Part shown: positions 26,430 to 39,790 of the stretch, piece by piece
Layout: each line of letters opens with the position of its first letter
How positions within the stretch are numbered: position 1 is the stretch's first letter
Source: Octopus sinensis
Lineage: Eukaryota
Direction of reading: 5' to 3'
Assembly (NCBI RefSeq): GCF_006345805.1
Contig: NC_043022.1
Location: 12,090,001-12,154,000 of the forward strand
DNA length: 64,000 nt
Notes under the pieces: model-generated
Database searches by the model: none
Told to the model about the DNA's origin: nothing
Seen by the model: the letters and a program-made list of their open reading frames with translations, nothing else
Made by a program: the position numbers and the translations under genes

Positions 26430-27206
26430 ATGACAGAAACGAACCACCACAGTACTCCGGGACCCGAACTCACCCTTTATGTGAAGGCCGGGCAAGCTGG
26501 CCAAGGATTCGGCGCCTGTCCGTTCTGTCAACAGATCCACATGATCCTGGCACTGAAGGGCCAAGAATACGATGGCAAGTTGTTCGAAGTTGTAGTCATC
26601 GACCCTGGCCGGCCACCGGCAGAGTTTCGCAAACATGCCAACCGACTGCCTGTTTTGAAACACGGTGACGAAGTGTTGACAGAGAATGAAGAAATCATCA
26701 ACTACATTGACAAGAATTTCCCTGAGCCTGATCTATCGTACTCGGACCGGAGGGCTCATACTGTGTGTTTAGACGTCTTCTCTAAATTTGCTCACTACAT
26801 CAAACAGGTAAGCACTTCTCCCGACCACCTCATCTCAGAGCTGTGGCGAGTCAGTGACCACATGGTAGATTCCGGCAACAAGTTTCTCTGCGGAGACAAA
26901 CTGACCCACCTCGACTGTTTGATGTTACCTAAGCTTCAGCACATCCGAGTAGCAGCACTGGCTTTCAAAGATTTCCACATCCCTTCCACCATGACCGGCA
27001 TCTGGAGGTACCTGTGGAAGGCCTACAAGGAGCCTATTTTCCAGGTCTCCTTGCCTAGCGACCAGGAAATTGTTTACCACTGGAGTTGTAAATCAGAAAC
27101 ACCACTATTATCCGAGGAAAAGAAAAGGATTTACTGTATTGATGGTGAACCCCAGTATGATGTGTCGATGCCAGACGGATACAAAGTCCCAGAAGACAGT
27201 GAATAA
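26430..27206 (+). CDS. Clic: Chloride intracellular channel protein (CLIC/EXC-4 family, GST omega-like fold), 258 aa, single coding exon
   Basis: N-terminal ELTLYVKAG..GACPFCQ matches the CLIC ELFVKAG..GNCPFSQ motif. C-terminal FLCGDKLTHLDCLMLPKLQHIRVA and PSDQEI match CLIC FLDG.ELTLADC.LLPKL and CP.D.EI. In-frame TAA at 26421 lies upstream of ATG 26430 (acaATG, A at -3). The ORF ends in tandem stops TAA TAA TGA (27204-27212). Confidence 0.95.
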   Translation: MTETNHHSTPGPELTLYVKAGQAGQGFGACPFCQQIHMILALKGQEYDGKLFEVVVIDPGRPPAEFRKHANRLPVLKHGDEVLTENEEIINYIDKNFPEPDLSYSDRRAHTVCLDVFSKFAHYIKQVSTSPDHLISELWRVSDHMVDSGNKFLCGDKLTHLDCLMLPKLQHIRVAALAFKDFHIPSTMTGIWRYLWKAYKEPIFQVSLPSDQEIVYHWSCKSETPLLSEEKKRIYCIDGEPQYDVSMPDGYKVPEDSE

Positions 27207-27327
27207 TAATGATATTAACATTGCAGCATGTTTTGACACAGGATTTTTTCTTCTCAGTGAGCATCCTTTGATATATAAATATATACATATAACACACATA
27301 TATAAATATACACACACACACACGCAC

Positions 27328-27367
<40 letters not shown>

Positions 27368-27387
27368 TTATGTACACAAATATAAAT

Positions 27388-27393
27388 AATAAA
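27388..27393 (+). terminator. Candidate proximal polyadenylation signal of CLIC
   Basis: AATAAA about 180 nt after the stop codon. More distal sites cannot be excluded. Confidence 0.35.
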
Positions 27394-29872
27394 ATGTAAC
27401 AACAAAAGAATGAGACTTCGATATTAGAGAAATAGAGGATTATTTATATATCTGTTATAATTTGGAACAGACAGTAAAAGTTTGTTATTATGGCCAACGA
27501 GAATGTACTGTAGCCCTTCGCTCCAACATTTGAAACCCCGAGTACTATAATAACCTTTTACTTTTTGTTCTAAATTATAACACACACACACACACATATA
27601 TATAGTATATAACACACATACATACATAATATGCATTCATATATATAACATATAATACATAGACATATACACACATACATAACACTTTATATTAAATATA
27701 CATACATTGAAAATATACGTATATAAAGGATACCTGTGAATACAAGAAGTGTCAAGTGATTGTTTATATTTATCACACTTGCTTGGTATGTATACGTGCA
27801 TATATACATAGGTCCACAAAGCATTGTGTGTGCATGTGTTTTTATATATATGATATATATAAAAAAAAAAAATGTATTAAGATTGTGAAAGTTTTTCACT
27901 GTAGTTTCTTAATGTCCAGTGTCGAACTGACTGGTCACAGTTTCAATTTAGTGCTAGATACTCTGTTGAACGAAGAAAGGGGAAGTTTTGCTGGCCAAAT
28001 ACTTGTTGATGACTTTGAAATTCTATTTATAAATCAAAGAAAGAAAAAAAAAAAGCACACACCCTTATATGACTTTATAAAAAAGCTAAATTTTTTGGTA
28101 ATTTGCTCTTCAATACTCTCTCTCACTATCTCTTTCTTTGGGCTTTGTTAGCTGAAATGGTCCCTCTGTAATCTATTTGTAAGCCCTACCTGTTCGGGGA
28201 TCCATTCCACTTACAAAGCATCACACATACACATTTTAGTTCTGAAATGTATATGTAAAAACTGCCCAGGTTAGTGATGTCTGCATAATGGTTGAATTTT
28301 GTTAATTGTTGCACTGAACAATGGCTAAATTTGGTAGGATTTTCTTTTGTCAACAACCTTTTGTTGTGACTTGGAAGTTCAATTGGTTATTGAGTTTACC
28401 GACGACTTGCTTTCAAACTTGTATTAGTTTTAGCCAAGAGGGTATAAATGGCAAGGCTTTTTTATGTCTGCTAATCTTTCCTCGCCAGTGAACAATATTT
28501 TAATTTTAAATTTAATTACAGCCACTACCTGTATAACGTAAAAAGTATAAAAGCTGGGGGGGGAATGTTATGTATGTATCCAAGTGTTTTGGGTGATCAG
28601 CAAAAAGAAAAAGAAAAAAACAGGTTGTGTGTGGAGGTGGGTGGATACATGTGTGGTTGTGTGTATTTGTAGGCAGATGTGGCAGATTAAATTTTTCTGT
28701 TGTAAACTATATTTATATGTAAGGGAAAAAAACAAGACTTAGTCCTGTCACTCATTATTTTAATATATTGCATATGTATTATATGCGTAACATATTGTAA
28801 TATATATTCCATATAGATATATTGTATAATTTTGATAACACTGTTGTTTGTTGAGGTAGAGGCAAATTTAGTATAATATATATAATAATGTTATTGTAAT
28901 GATAGTATTATAGTAATGTAGATGTGTTGAAATAATTACTGTCGTTAAAAAATGATTTCTGTTAAAAGTGAAGAGATACTAGTAGACTAGTAGTTTGTTC
29001 TGAGTTCACCTAGTTGTGTTGTTGTTGTTGCTGTTGTTAGTTTGTGAGTAGTTTTGGTAGGAGTGTGTGTTGTGTACGCGAACGGTTTGAGTAGATGTAA
29101 AAGATCAGTGTGCTAGTTTAGTTTACTGTAAACTGCAGCCTCTCTGTCAGAGATGATAGCAGACATCTGTGAAATGAATTCTGGTTTCTTGTCTAAAAAG
29201 ACTAAAAAAAAAACCACCACCACCACCACCATCTCCTCCATCTTCACTGCACCAAACCTCCACCATCCATCTTCTAGTACAGACATCGAGCTAGCTTGAT
29301 GTGGTGTAATATTCAAATAACGTTCTTCTGTCATAGACTTCTTCTCATGAAACTTTTAAGGGGAGGAGGGCTACAAGCAAGCCATCTACATTGGTTTATA
29401 AGCCATTAAATACACATACATGCGTACGCTTACACCTCTACACACAAACATTATACAACTCTCGCCGTTCTTGGTTAAGTAGGCAAGTCAAAGAAGAAGA
29501 AGAGGAGGAGGAGGAATAAGATACAATTTTTATTTTGTTTGACTTATTTTTCTTTGACTGGCTGTTTTGGAGTTGTGATAACTTGTTGGTTCTTATCTCC
29601 CAAACTTCCACTCTCCATGATAAAAATTATTCTTTTCTAGCTTATAAACCCAAGCATTATCACAATAGCTTGTTAGTTCATTGCATAAAAAAAATCATTC
29701 CAACTTATGGTATCAGTATTATTACAATAGGTTATTATGTCTGTATTAAAAATTATCATTACTTATAATATCCAGTATTATTACAGTAATTCATTAATTC
29801 TGTGTTGAGTTCTACTGTCCAACTTATACCATCAGTATTAGTAATTCTTCAGCTTGTTCTCTTTGTTCTTAG

Positions 29873-30228
29873 CCCTTTTCTTACCATATTTCTGTTTAGA
29901 TATTCTTTAATTCTTTAACTTGTTTCAGTCATTTGACTGTGGCCATGCTGGAGCACCGCCTTTAGTCAAGCAAATTGACCCGGGACTTATTCTTTGTAAG
30001 CCCAGTACTTATTCAATCGGTCTCTTTTGCCGAACCGCTAAGTGACTGCTTCTGTTGTAATTAATTTTGAGAATAATGAATTTATTTAGTTAAATGCCAT
30101 TATTTAGCCAGTGTTTGGAACATAAATTAACAGGAAATTTTTGACGGAAGACTTTAATTTTGTTCACTTTAAAACAGAAAGTTTGTATGGAAACGGGGTC
30201 AGTTTCAGGTGGGGTTAGTATGAAATGG
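29873..30228. mobile_element. MITE family 2 copy interrupted by a SINE-A fragment (about 29915-30050, minus)
   Basis: cccttttcttacc left end, gtatgaaatgg|TTAA right end, internal similarity to 31025 and 57897. Confidence 0.6.
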
Positions 30229-31024
30229 TTAAATCATGGACAGACCAAAGCATTTACCAACCTAAACAATGAAATATTATCTTTATATCCTTTTCTATAA
30301 TAATTCTATAGACTTTCTTTCACCTATTCCTCACCAATTTTTCTGATGAAATACCCTGCTTCTCCATGTTTCCAATTTATATTAAAAATAATCATGGACT
30401 TTGCAATACTTTAGTAAAATAAGCTGTTATTGTTTGGAACATAATGGAAGTTTCAGACTTAAAATTAAGATAGGAGGATGAAATTTTTTAAAAATAAACA
30501 CTTTTTTAACAAACGAAAAAAATAACTGGACAGTTTTTGTATTGTGTAAAAAAAACCAAAGGTGGTATGATGCAGGTTATTAAGAATGGTGGGTTACAAG
30601 AATACAGTTCTGTAGATTAGTGTAAAACTGGCAAATGGATTGTTTAGGATGGAAATAGAAAGGAAGTGAGATTAAAAAACAAAAAGAACCCAACACTGCT
30701 CCCATGTTTAGATTTGAATAATCGTTTCAAGCACTTTTCCTTCTTTTAATACACACCTATTTTTCTTACATCTCCACATTTACATTCTTTATATGCAAAT
30801 GCATTTTTTTCCTCCCTTCTCTTTCTGTATTGAAGTAGTCAGCAGTTTATAGGAGAGGAGTTTAGTTCTTTCATTTGATTATTTCTGTTGAAATATAACT
30901 GCTTATGTTTCAGTTAATTTAAAAAAAAAAAAAGCGAAGTATTTAGTAAGGCAACTCATTATTAAACGAGTGTTTAACGTAACAGGAAATGTTGACGGTA
31001 GGTTTTTAGCTTAGGTTGCTTTAA

Positions 31025-31196
31025 CCCTTTTGTTACCATATTTTTGTTATTCAGTAAAATAACTTTATTAAACTTGTGTCCGGAACATTAAATTAACATG
31101 AAATTTTCATGGAAGGTTTTGGTTCAGTTCACATTAAAACAGGAAGTTTGTATCGTAGAACCAGGGATGGTCTCATGTGGATTGGTATCAAAAGGG
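31025..31196. mobile_element. piggyBac-like MITE family 2 (shorter copy)
   Basis: TTAA|CCCTTTTGTTACCA..TGGTATCAAAAGGG|TTAA. Confidence 0.8.
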
Positions 31197-32154
31197 TTAA
31201 AATATCTTGGATTCTGTTTGTTGTATCACAAACAAAGAATCAGTGGATTTTTTTTTTGGTGGGGGTAGGGTTCGTAGGGAGAGATGTAGATCTTTGTAAA
31301 CAGTAAAAGCAATCATTATTTGGCAGTCTCAAAAACTCAATTGTTTGATCTTTCATATTCCTCGGACTTTGAAAAGTTTGAGGAATACGAATGAGAGTCA
31401 AGCAAAGTCTGGAGAGCTGTCAGGGGAAGAATACACACATTGCCGTAAACTTAGAATTTAGTTTAAAAACCTTAGAACTCATAGAGACTAAAGTGGAATG
31501 GGACATCTGGAGGACTGCTTGTGTTATTAGTAAATACCTACCAAAATTTAGACTCTTTGGACCAATTGTCTTTCTTGGACCAATCGTCTTTCTTGTGCCT
31601 TCATTTGCTTGATATCTGATAAATATATTAAACAAAAAAAAATAATAAAATAAAATAAAACAAACCCCTGATAATTTCCTTGGTGGAATTCACATTGAAA
31701 GAGCATAAGTTTCTGAATTTTCTACTCTTTCTCTCACACACCCCACTTTTTGATTTTATTTTTAAACTCTCCCCCTCCCCTCAAATTATGATCTGAATTG
31801 CTATCTTTATTATAATATCCACATCAGTGCTTCCTTGATTCTTTAAAATACTCAGATAAAAAAAATGAGAGTGGTTTTTTTTCTCTTTTTAAGAGCACAC
31901 AAATAGGGAGCCCTGCTCTTTTGCAAATGTTTCCATAAAATGGTATAAGCTCCCACTCAAGTTTCAATCCCAGCTCAAAGTCCCTATCTCTTTAATTTAT
32001 GCCACAATTGTATTTGGGGTCTGGGATGATGAGGATAGGTGTGAATGTTACAACATCCTGCTTCTTGCTCTTCCTTATAAAGAAAATTGAAAAAAACAAA
32101 AACAAAAACAAAGTGACCCTTTTAAAGGTATGATCTATCCCTAATAAGCCAAAT

Positions 32155-32192
<38 letters not shown>

Positions 32193-34904
32193 ACACTTGG
32201 TTTTAATTAATTAAAATTTAATTGTTGGAATTAGATTTTTGTTGAAATTCGTTTGGAGAAAATAAAATTATGCAATAAAAGTGAAATTGGTAACTGAGAA
32301 AGCTGATAATGTTAATTCAGTTTGATATTCTTGGAAGAATATATATATTGAAAGCAGTTTGATAGTGGTGGCCACCATGTGTCACTTGTTTCATATAAAT
32401 ACAACCACACAAGTATGATATAGTGTTGTCTGGGCACACTATACAACTACTATAACTAATATTACTTCAATCTATTGAGTCTATTTTAGTGGCATTACTG
32501 TTATTTTGTGTGTGTGTGTTTACTCTCTTTGAATAATGGATAGATCTGATGTGGTGGTGATGTTTTAGATCCCAACTGCAAAATTGTGGCAAAAAAAAAA
32601 AACCAAAAAAAAAAGATAATGGGACAGTATTATTATATATTTTTTTTGTTTCTACAATTTCAATTTATGATTTTTTTAAAAAAAAGTGTGTGAAATTTAT
32701 TTTCCTTTTTTTATAATTAAAATTTGATCAACCAACAGAAATTACTTTTCTCTATATTTTTTTTATCATTTAAAAATTTTTTAAGTTTTGAGAGTTAATT
32801 CACAGTATTTCTCTGCAATCAATCTTTTTTGAAACCTCACAATTAATTAATTAATTAATGATAATTATTGCTCTAGTCATGTTAAAGTGTAATTATTTTT
32901 GCTCATCAAATAAATAACAGTGATGAAATTTTTACGAAAAAAAACAAAACAACTGGTGATTGAAAATAACCAGAAGGAGAAAAAATGTCACCCTTTTTTT
33001 ATATTTAAACTATTTATAACTAACACACCAAATTTATTTTCCTTTGACTTGTCTATTTATTATTATTATGCTTTTTTTTTTTGGCATTCTCACAGTTTTT
33101 CTTTCTTTGTTTAAGAATCTCTCCTAGAGATATCTCTTGTAAGATATCTGAAGATATCTGTATCTTGTATAAGATACCTACAGATATATATAACTATGTT
33201 GTATATCTGCAGGTAGATATCTCTATATCTTGTATGATATTTGCAGGTAGATATCTCACATCCATAGATATACATCTCGTATATGTTATCTACAGGTATA
33301 TAACTGTATATCTTATAAAGATATTCATAGATATCTAAATATCTCCTCAAATACAACAGTATTAATGTTACCTGTAATTTCTGTTCATCACAATAAAAAA
33401 TAGCTATTTTGCTTACTTTTCCTGACTTTGAAATATGTATTTGAACACCATCATTATTAATAACAATAATAGTAATAAATCTTTGACTGTCCTCTTTATT
33501 GCTGGAAAAGACAAAAAAAAAAAATGGTTTTCTGTTGTGTATTTTTAAATTGATTTTTTTGTTGTTCAGATCCTGTCAGGATCCAAGTTTGTCTTTGTGT
33601 ATAGAGTGTGTATATGGCTTTGGATCAGCTCAGCTTGAGCAGGCTGTATTTCATTTCATTTACAAGGTGTCATCAATGACTGAGCCACCAAACGGCTCTC
33701 TCTCAACAGTCTTTGCCTTGTGTTTCGGAAATCATTATTTAATTTGTTCACCTTTTGTTTTCTTTTTTTTTATCTTCCATGTTCATGGGACAGCAAGGGT
33801 AGCACTATGATTCCCTTCATAGTGATGTCTTGGCTTTCATTCCGTGTCTTTCCACTATCAATTTGCAATTGGCACATTTTCCTCATGTCATCCCACCTTG
33901 TATTTATGTAACACCCGTCCCTCCCGGCTTTACTCTAACACACACAACTATTCTTTTAATTAACTTCCCCCCTCTCGTTTGATGATTCACCCACTTTGAG
34001 CCATTTCTCCCAGTACATCGAACAACCAATCAATGAAGGAGTTTCTATGCCTTTGCTGAAGCTGCTTGAAATAGCAGCCAAAATCTCCCTCAACAATCAT
34101 CCCCTACCATCTAAAGTATTTTCTCCTGCATTGCCAAAACAGAACTTTATTTTCTGTATTATGTTAACCTAGTAGCCTGATGGTTTAAGGTGTTGTACTC
34201 ATGGTCGTAAGGTCATGGTTTCAATTCCCAGGTTGGGCAGCATGTTATGTTCTTGAGCAAAACGCTTTTTTCATGTTGCTCCAGTCCACTCCACAGACTG
34301 GTCCCATTCAAGTGGGACTGATATAATTTCAATCTTTTATTTGCCATGGAAGCCAAGTGAAGCTCCGTTCTCGTGAGTCTTACGGCTTTTGACAGACCCT
34401 AAGATTTAGCCAAACCCAAAATGTATATTTCATTCTGATGCACCTGTATGGCTTCGTGGTTTTGGACACACCTGTGTAAAGTTTCATTGCACATGTGCAG
34501 TGGTAGCATGCACAAATCACACGCACATAAAACTTTATCTGAAACAGGAGCCCCTCCTTAAAAATGTATTGTTTGACCTTCAAGTATGTGAAAGAAGTAT
34601 TGATATTGGTGAGTGAAAGGGAGAGAGGATACCTGCCATGTTTTGTGTGTGTGTGTGTGAAGAATGCAAAAGATAGTGGGTTGGGTTGCACAAACAACCA
34701 CGAAATTGATGAAATTAGATCTCTAAATATCTCGTTTCATAGATGACATGAGATAGAGAAAATGCTTGTATTGAGTTGTCATTCAGTGTATACCAACGTA
34801 GAATGATTTTTTTCCCCCTAATTTCTGATTTACATTTCTTTTAAATGATGTTTATTGTTTGGTGTGCATCCAATTTTTGTTTTTATCAAATTCCTTATCA
34901 ATGT

Positions 34905-35130
34905 AAGGCAGCAAGATGGCTGAATTGTTAGCACTCTGGACAAGATGTCAAGTGGCATTTCTTCCAGATCTTCATGTTCAGAGATCAAATTCTGCCGAGG
35001 TCGACTTTACCATTCATCCTTTCAGGGTCGATAAATAAGTACCAGTTGAGCACTGGGGTTGATGTAATCGATTAAACCCCCCCTTCCCCTAAAATTGCTG
35101 GCTTTGTAACAAAATTTGAAACTTATTATT
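34905..35130 (+). mobile_element. Older SINE-B-subfamily copy
   Basis: ctgccgaggtcgactttaccattcatcctttcagggtcgataaataagtaccag. Confidence 0.75.
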
Positions 35131-35552
35131 AATGCATCAATTATTGGTTTTTTTCTTCTAATTTTTACTTTTTTTTTTTTTACTAATCAGATTTATTTTT
35201 TATGTAATTTTTTTAACGAGTAATTCTTCACATCTTGAATATGTTGACAGTGTTTATAATGTACTTGATGACCTTTTGTGTAAGCCAAACAGTCTCACAC
35301 TTTACTCCTCACAGTGAATAGGGTTAACATATTTATTATTATTATTATTATCACTATAATAATAAAGTTCAGTCTTTTGTGTATATTTTGACATGTAATT
35401 GAATAAAACTTGGATAGAACCTAGCAAAGTGTTAGTACTTATGAATCTAATTGTTTTTCCTATTGTTTTCAAATGAGACCTTTGTCAGCTGTTCACCTGC
35501 AATCTATTTAAAGCTCATCTATATATCTTTCTATGTTATATATATATATATA

Positions 35553-35725
35553 TAGACACAGGAGTGGCTGTGTGGTAAGTAGCTTGTTTACCAACCACAT
35601 GGTTCCGGGTTCAGTCCCACTGCGTGGCACCTTGGGCAAGTGTCTTCTACTATAGCTCCGGGCCGACCAAAGCCTTGTGAGTGGATTTGGTAGACGGAAA
35701 CTGAAAGAAGCCTGTCGTATATATG

Positions 35726-35756
<31 letters not shown>

Positions 35757-35955
35757 GTGTGTCTCCCCCTTGCATTGCTTGACAACCGATGCTGGTGTGT
35801 TTATGTCTCCGTTACTTAGCGGTTCTGCAAAAGAGACCGATAGAATAAGTACTGGGCTTACAAAAGAATAAGTCCCGGGGTCGAGTTGCTTGATTAAAGG
35901 CAGTGCTCCAGCATGGCCGCAGTCAGATGACTGAAACAAGTAAAAGAGAGTAAAA
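35553..35955 (+). mobile_element. SINE-A, full length
   Basis: Near-identical to the 19305 copy. Confidence 0.85.
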
Positions 35956-36049
35956 GATATATATATATATATATATATATCAAGAAGACCCTTCCTCCAC
36001 AGCAGAAGTGTTACGTTTGCTCCCCCTGATGAAGGGGATCAGCCTGTAA

Positions 36050-36241
36050 GAGTCCTGCCGGTGCTATGTTAAAAGCACCCAGCACATTCTGTAATGTGGT
36101 TGGCATTAGGGAGGGCATCCAGCCATAGAAACCAAGCCAAATCAGACTGGAACCTGTGCAGCTCTCCTACTTGCCAGCTCTGTTCAAACTGTCCAATCCA
36201 TGCCAGCATTGGAAAAACTCATGTTAAAGGATGTTGATGAT
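36050..36241 (+). mobile_element. RTE 3' UTR copy
   Basis: aagcacccagcacattctgtaatgtggttggcattaggagggcatccagcc..gatgttgatga. Confidence 0.7.
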
Positions 36242-36948
36242 AGACACACACACACACATCAGCATGGTATGTCCACACTTCATTTGCATCTCAAACCTGC
36301 ACCCCCCCACTCTTCATCTTGCCTAGAATGTCACTCTACTAGAAGCTGTTCAGAGATGTGTAACCAGGCAAAGTACCTTTGCTTAACAATATCCTGAATG
36401 TATTTCTTCTCTTGGCATTAATGCACTAAAGTTCTGACACCTTGTGGTTGACTAACTTGATAGAATCCCACAAGATTATCAGCCAGCTTTAAAACAACCC
36501 AGATCACCTTTTTGAGTTCAATATCTCTACCACCCATGGATACACTTATAAAATCTGGGGCAGGGGGAGTGCAAATGTGACTTTCCGCAACATGTTTTTT
36601 ATGCTTGGATTGTTGAAGCATGGAATAAAACTACTTGTGTCTGGTGTTTAGCTGTCCGGACACAGCATCTTTCAAAAGGCTTTCAAATTCACTAACGCTA
36701 CTCCTGAAAGGATACCTGTGTACCCTTTTAATGTCCACTTTTTTTATCTGTGTACCATGTATCGTTGCTGTTTTTTATTACTTGACACATTACCATTCTC
36801 TGGTGCCTTCTTTTATCCTTTTCCAACATGTTGCATTGCATCTAAGTACTGTGTACAACAAGCTCATCAAATTGGCAAACTGGCAGAATCAAAATGAGCC
36901 CCTCTCTCAAAATTTAGCCTTGTACCTATAGTAGAAAGGACTAATTAA

Positions 36949-37159
36949 CCCTTTAGTGCTCACATTATTCTGCCAAAGTTAATGCTTTTTAATCCACATT
37001 GTTTTGAACTAATCACGCATTATCTTGTAGCTATGAGATTTTGATGAGGTAGCTGTTAATTTTTAAAACGATATTGTAGGGTTGGTGTGAGAGACCAGAT
37101 CTGGCCAGTTTGAACATAAAACAGGCAGAATACTTATGGCCGGTTTAAATGCTAAAGGG
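36949..37159. mobile_element. piggyBac-like MITE family 1, complete
   Basis: TTAA|CCCTTTAG..CTAAAGGG|TTAA (TTAA at 36945-36948 and 37160-37163). Confidence 0.85.
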
Positions 37160-37574
37160 TTAAGGTAGCAAGCTGGCAGAATTATTATGCACACGGGACA
37201 AAGTGTTTCGTAGCATTTCTCCCAACTTGACATTCTTAGTTCGAATCCTGCTGAAGTCAACTTCACTTTTCATTGGTCAATAAAAGAAGCCCTAGTCAAG
37301 TACTAGAAGTCAATAGTTTTCTTCCTTCAACAATTCAGTTCTTGTGCTTACTGTAGGAAGAATTGTTTTCAAGGTTGGTTGCTGGCAGAATCATTAGCAT
37401 GCTGGACAAAATACTTGGTAGCATTTCTTTTGGCTTTATGTTCTGGAGTTCAAATTCCACCCAGGTCGACTTCACTTTTCGTCCTGAAATGGGTTGAACA
37501 CTGGGGTTGATGTAATAAACTATTCTACTCCCCCACAAAATTTCAGTCTTTATGCCTTCAGTAGAAAGCATTAT

Positions 37575-37842
37575 CCGTTCGTGTCCGTTGCCAGCCTGGC
37601 CTGGTCCCCATGCCGGTGGCACGTAAAAGCACCATCCGTCCGTGGCCGTTTTCCAGCTCCGGGTGGCACGTAAAAACCACCCACTACACTCACAGAGTGG
37701 TTGGCGTTAGGAAGAGCATCCAGCCGTAGAAACACTGCCAGATCAGACTGGGCCTGATGCAGCCTTCAGGCTTCACAGACCCCAGTTGAACCGTCCAACC
37801 CATGCTAGCATGGAAAGCGGACGCTAAATGATGATGATGATG
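37575..37842 (+). mobile_element. RTE 3' UTR copy
   Basis: Family core with duplicated ggtggcacgtaaaa sub-repeat and (GAT)n tail. Confidence 0.8.
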
Positions 37843-38906
37843 ATTATTATTATTTATAAATGAATGCAAAAGGCAAAAAAACAAAATATATTGGGTTAAT
37901 GTATTTATGGCAGCAACTGTGGACAAATATAGAACAAGGGAGGGAGTAGCAGCAGCAGTAGCAGCAGTCATTGTTATTTTTCATTCAGTAATTTATATTT
38001 TGGTTATGTTTTTGTTTGGGGGTTTGAAACCCCATTGATTTTTTTTTTTTAATTTTTTTTAAACTGACCAATACACACTCATAGCTGACGTCACTGCTGA
38101 GGCAAAGTTACACTCACCCGACCATATTTGGTTATGTATGTCATTTGATCTAAAGTTGCCCAGACAAAAGCATTGATTTAGATTAGTTAATCCACTGATT
38201 ACTCTCTGCACTCCTCCAGCTTATTATCCACCTCTTATTACCCTCTCTCTCTCTCTCTCTTTCTCTCTCTACCCCCTCGTTTTAGCTCCATCACCACCCC
38301 ATCTCTTGTCAATTAGCACCAATATTAAAACCAGCCAACCATGGCGTTTATAAATGGTTGCTTGCCCTCCTAAAAACATCAACCAAATTTCTCACATATT
38401 GTGTCTTATTGTCTTCAACAAAGGAGGGACACGTCAGCCAGTGTAGTCAGTGATAGACAAAAAAGACAGGGTGGTCAGAGTTGGAACAACTCTTTATCGA
38501 CTAAGGTTGAAGACCAGGTTCTGAAGGATATTGAACTGTATATATTGTTAAACAGTATATATTATTAATCGGTATATATTATTAAAACTGCATATATTAT
38601 TAAAACGGTGTATATACATATAATAAGACTTTGCACTAAAAATGCATATATTTACATTTCCCTGGCTCTGTAATTACATATGCACATATGCATGCATGCG
38701 TTCACGCACACGTTAGACATATTTATTTCTTGAGCTTGTTTATATCGTTTTCCTCCACCAAGTCACGAAGTATAGATGCTCAACCCCCTCCTCCTTATTG
38801 ATTAGCTGCCCATGTCATGGGGCGGGTTTGTTTGAAGTATTGGATTACTTCTCATTGATCGCCACAGCTCAGTAGTATAATTGTATCTTTTATATCTTTC
38901 TCTGTA

Positions 38907-38943
<37 letters not shown>

Positions 38944-39595
38944 GCTCATATATTGCATGCAATACATGCAAATATATGCATATATATATACACATATATA
39001 CACACAATTAAAATAGCTGCAGGCTGTATGTTCGCAGCTAGGTACACAAGCATTCAAGATGTGACCAATTCTATTGTTTTTGTATATGTCAAACTACCTG
39101 GATACAATGTGTCCATCTTGTGTGGTTTGAGAGTAATTTGGCTGTGTTTTCTAGCAGGTTGAATGACTGCTCAGAAACTCCTTTGTTAGCTCGTAGATAG
39201 TTCTAGTTTTATTGAAGACGGGTGTCAAATCCCATCAAGGTTAACTTAGCCTTTCAGAGTCAATGAAATGAGTACTAGTTGCATACTGGGGGGGTTAATG
39301 CAATCAACTAGCCCCTTCCCTCAAAAGTTCAGGCATATATAATTACATGTCCAAGACATGTCAACAAATGAACATAAATGAAATATTGTTTATGAATTAT
39401 ATTTTAATGATAATAATAGATTTTGGTGGGACTGTGTGGTAAGAAGTTAGCTTCCCAACCACATGGTTTCAGGTTCAATCCTATTGTGTGTCCTTCACTG
39501 TAACTCCAGGCCATCCAGAGCCTTATGAGTGGATTTTGTAAAAGGAAACTAAAAGAAGCTTGTCATCTGTGTGTGTGTGTAATATATATATCATC

Positions 39596-39790
39596 ACACC
39601 TGTGCAGGTGGCACGTAAAAAGCACCCACTACACTCACGGAGTGGTTGGCATTAGGAAGGGCATCCAGCCGTAGAAACACTGCTGGATCAGACTGGGCCT
39701 GGCGCAGCCTTCTGGCTTCCCAGACCCCAGTTGAACCGTCCAACCCATGCTAGCATGGAAAACGGACGTTAAACGGTGATGATGATGATG
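39596..39790 (+). mobile_element. RTE 3' UTR copy nested in SINE-A (39425-39965)
   Basis: SINE-A head lies upstream and SINE-A tail resumes at about 39790. Confidence 0.75.

Noticed and set aside
35508-35939. Recurrent ORFs ending PKVPRSGTEPGTMWLV (also 21999, 52368, 56899)
   Set aside because: Antisense translations of SINE-A copies.
36015-36050. CTGATGA flanked by cccc/gggg, hammerhead-like
   Set aside because: No correctly placed GAAA, stem III or stem I on either strand.
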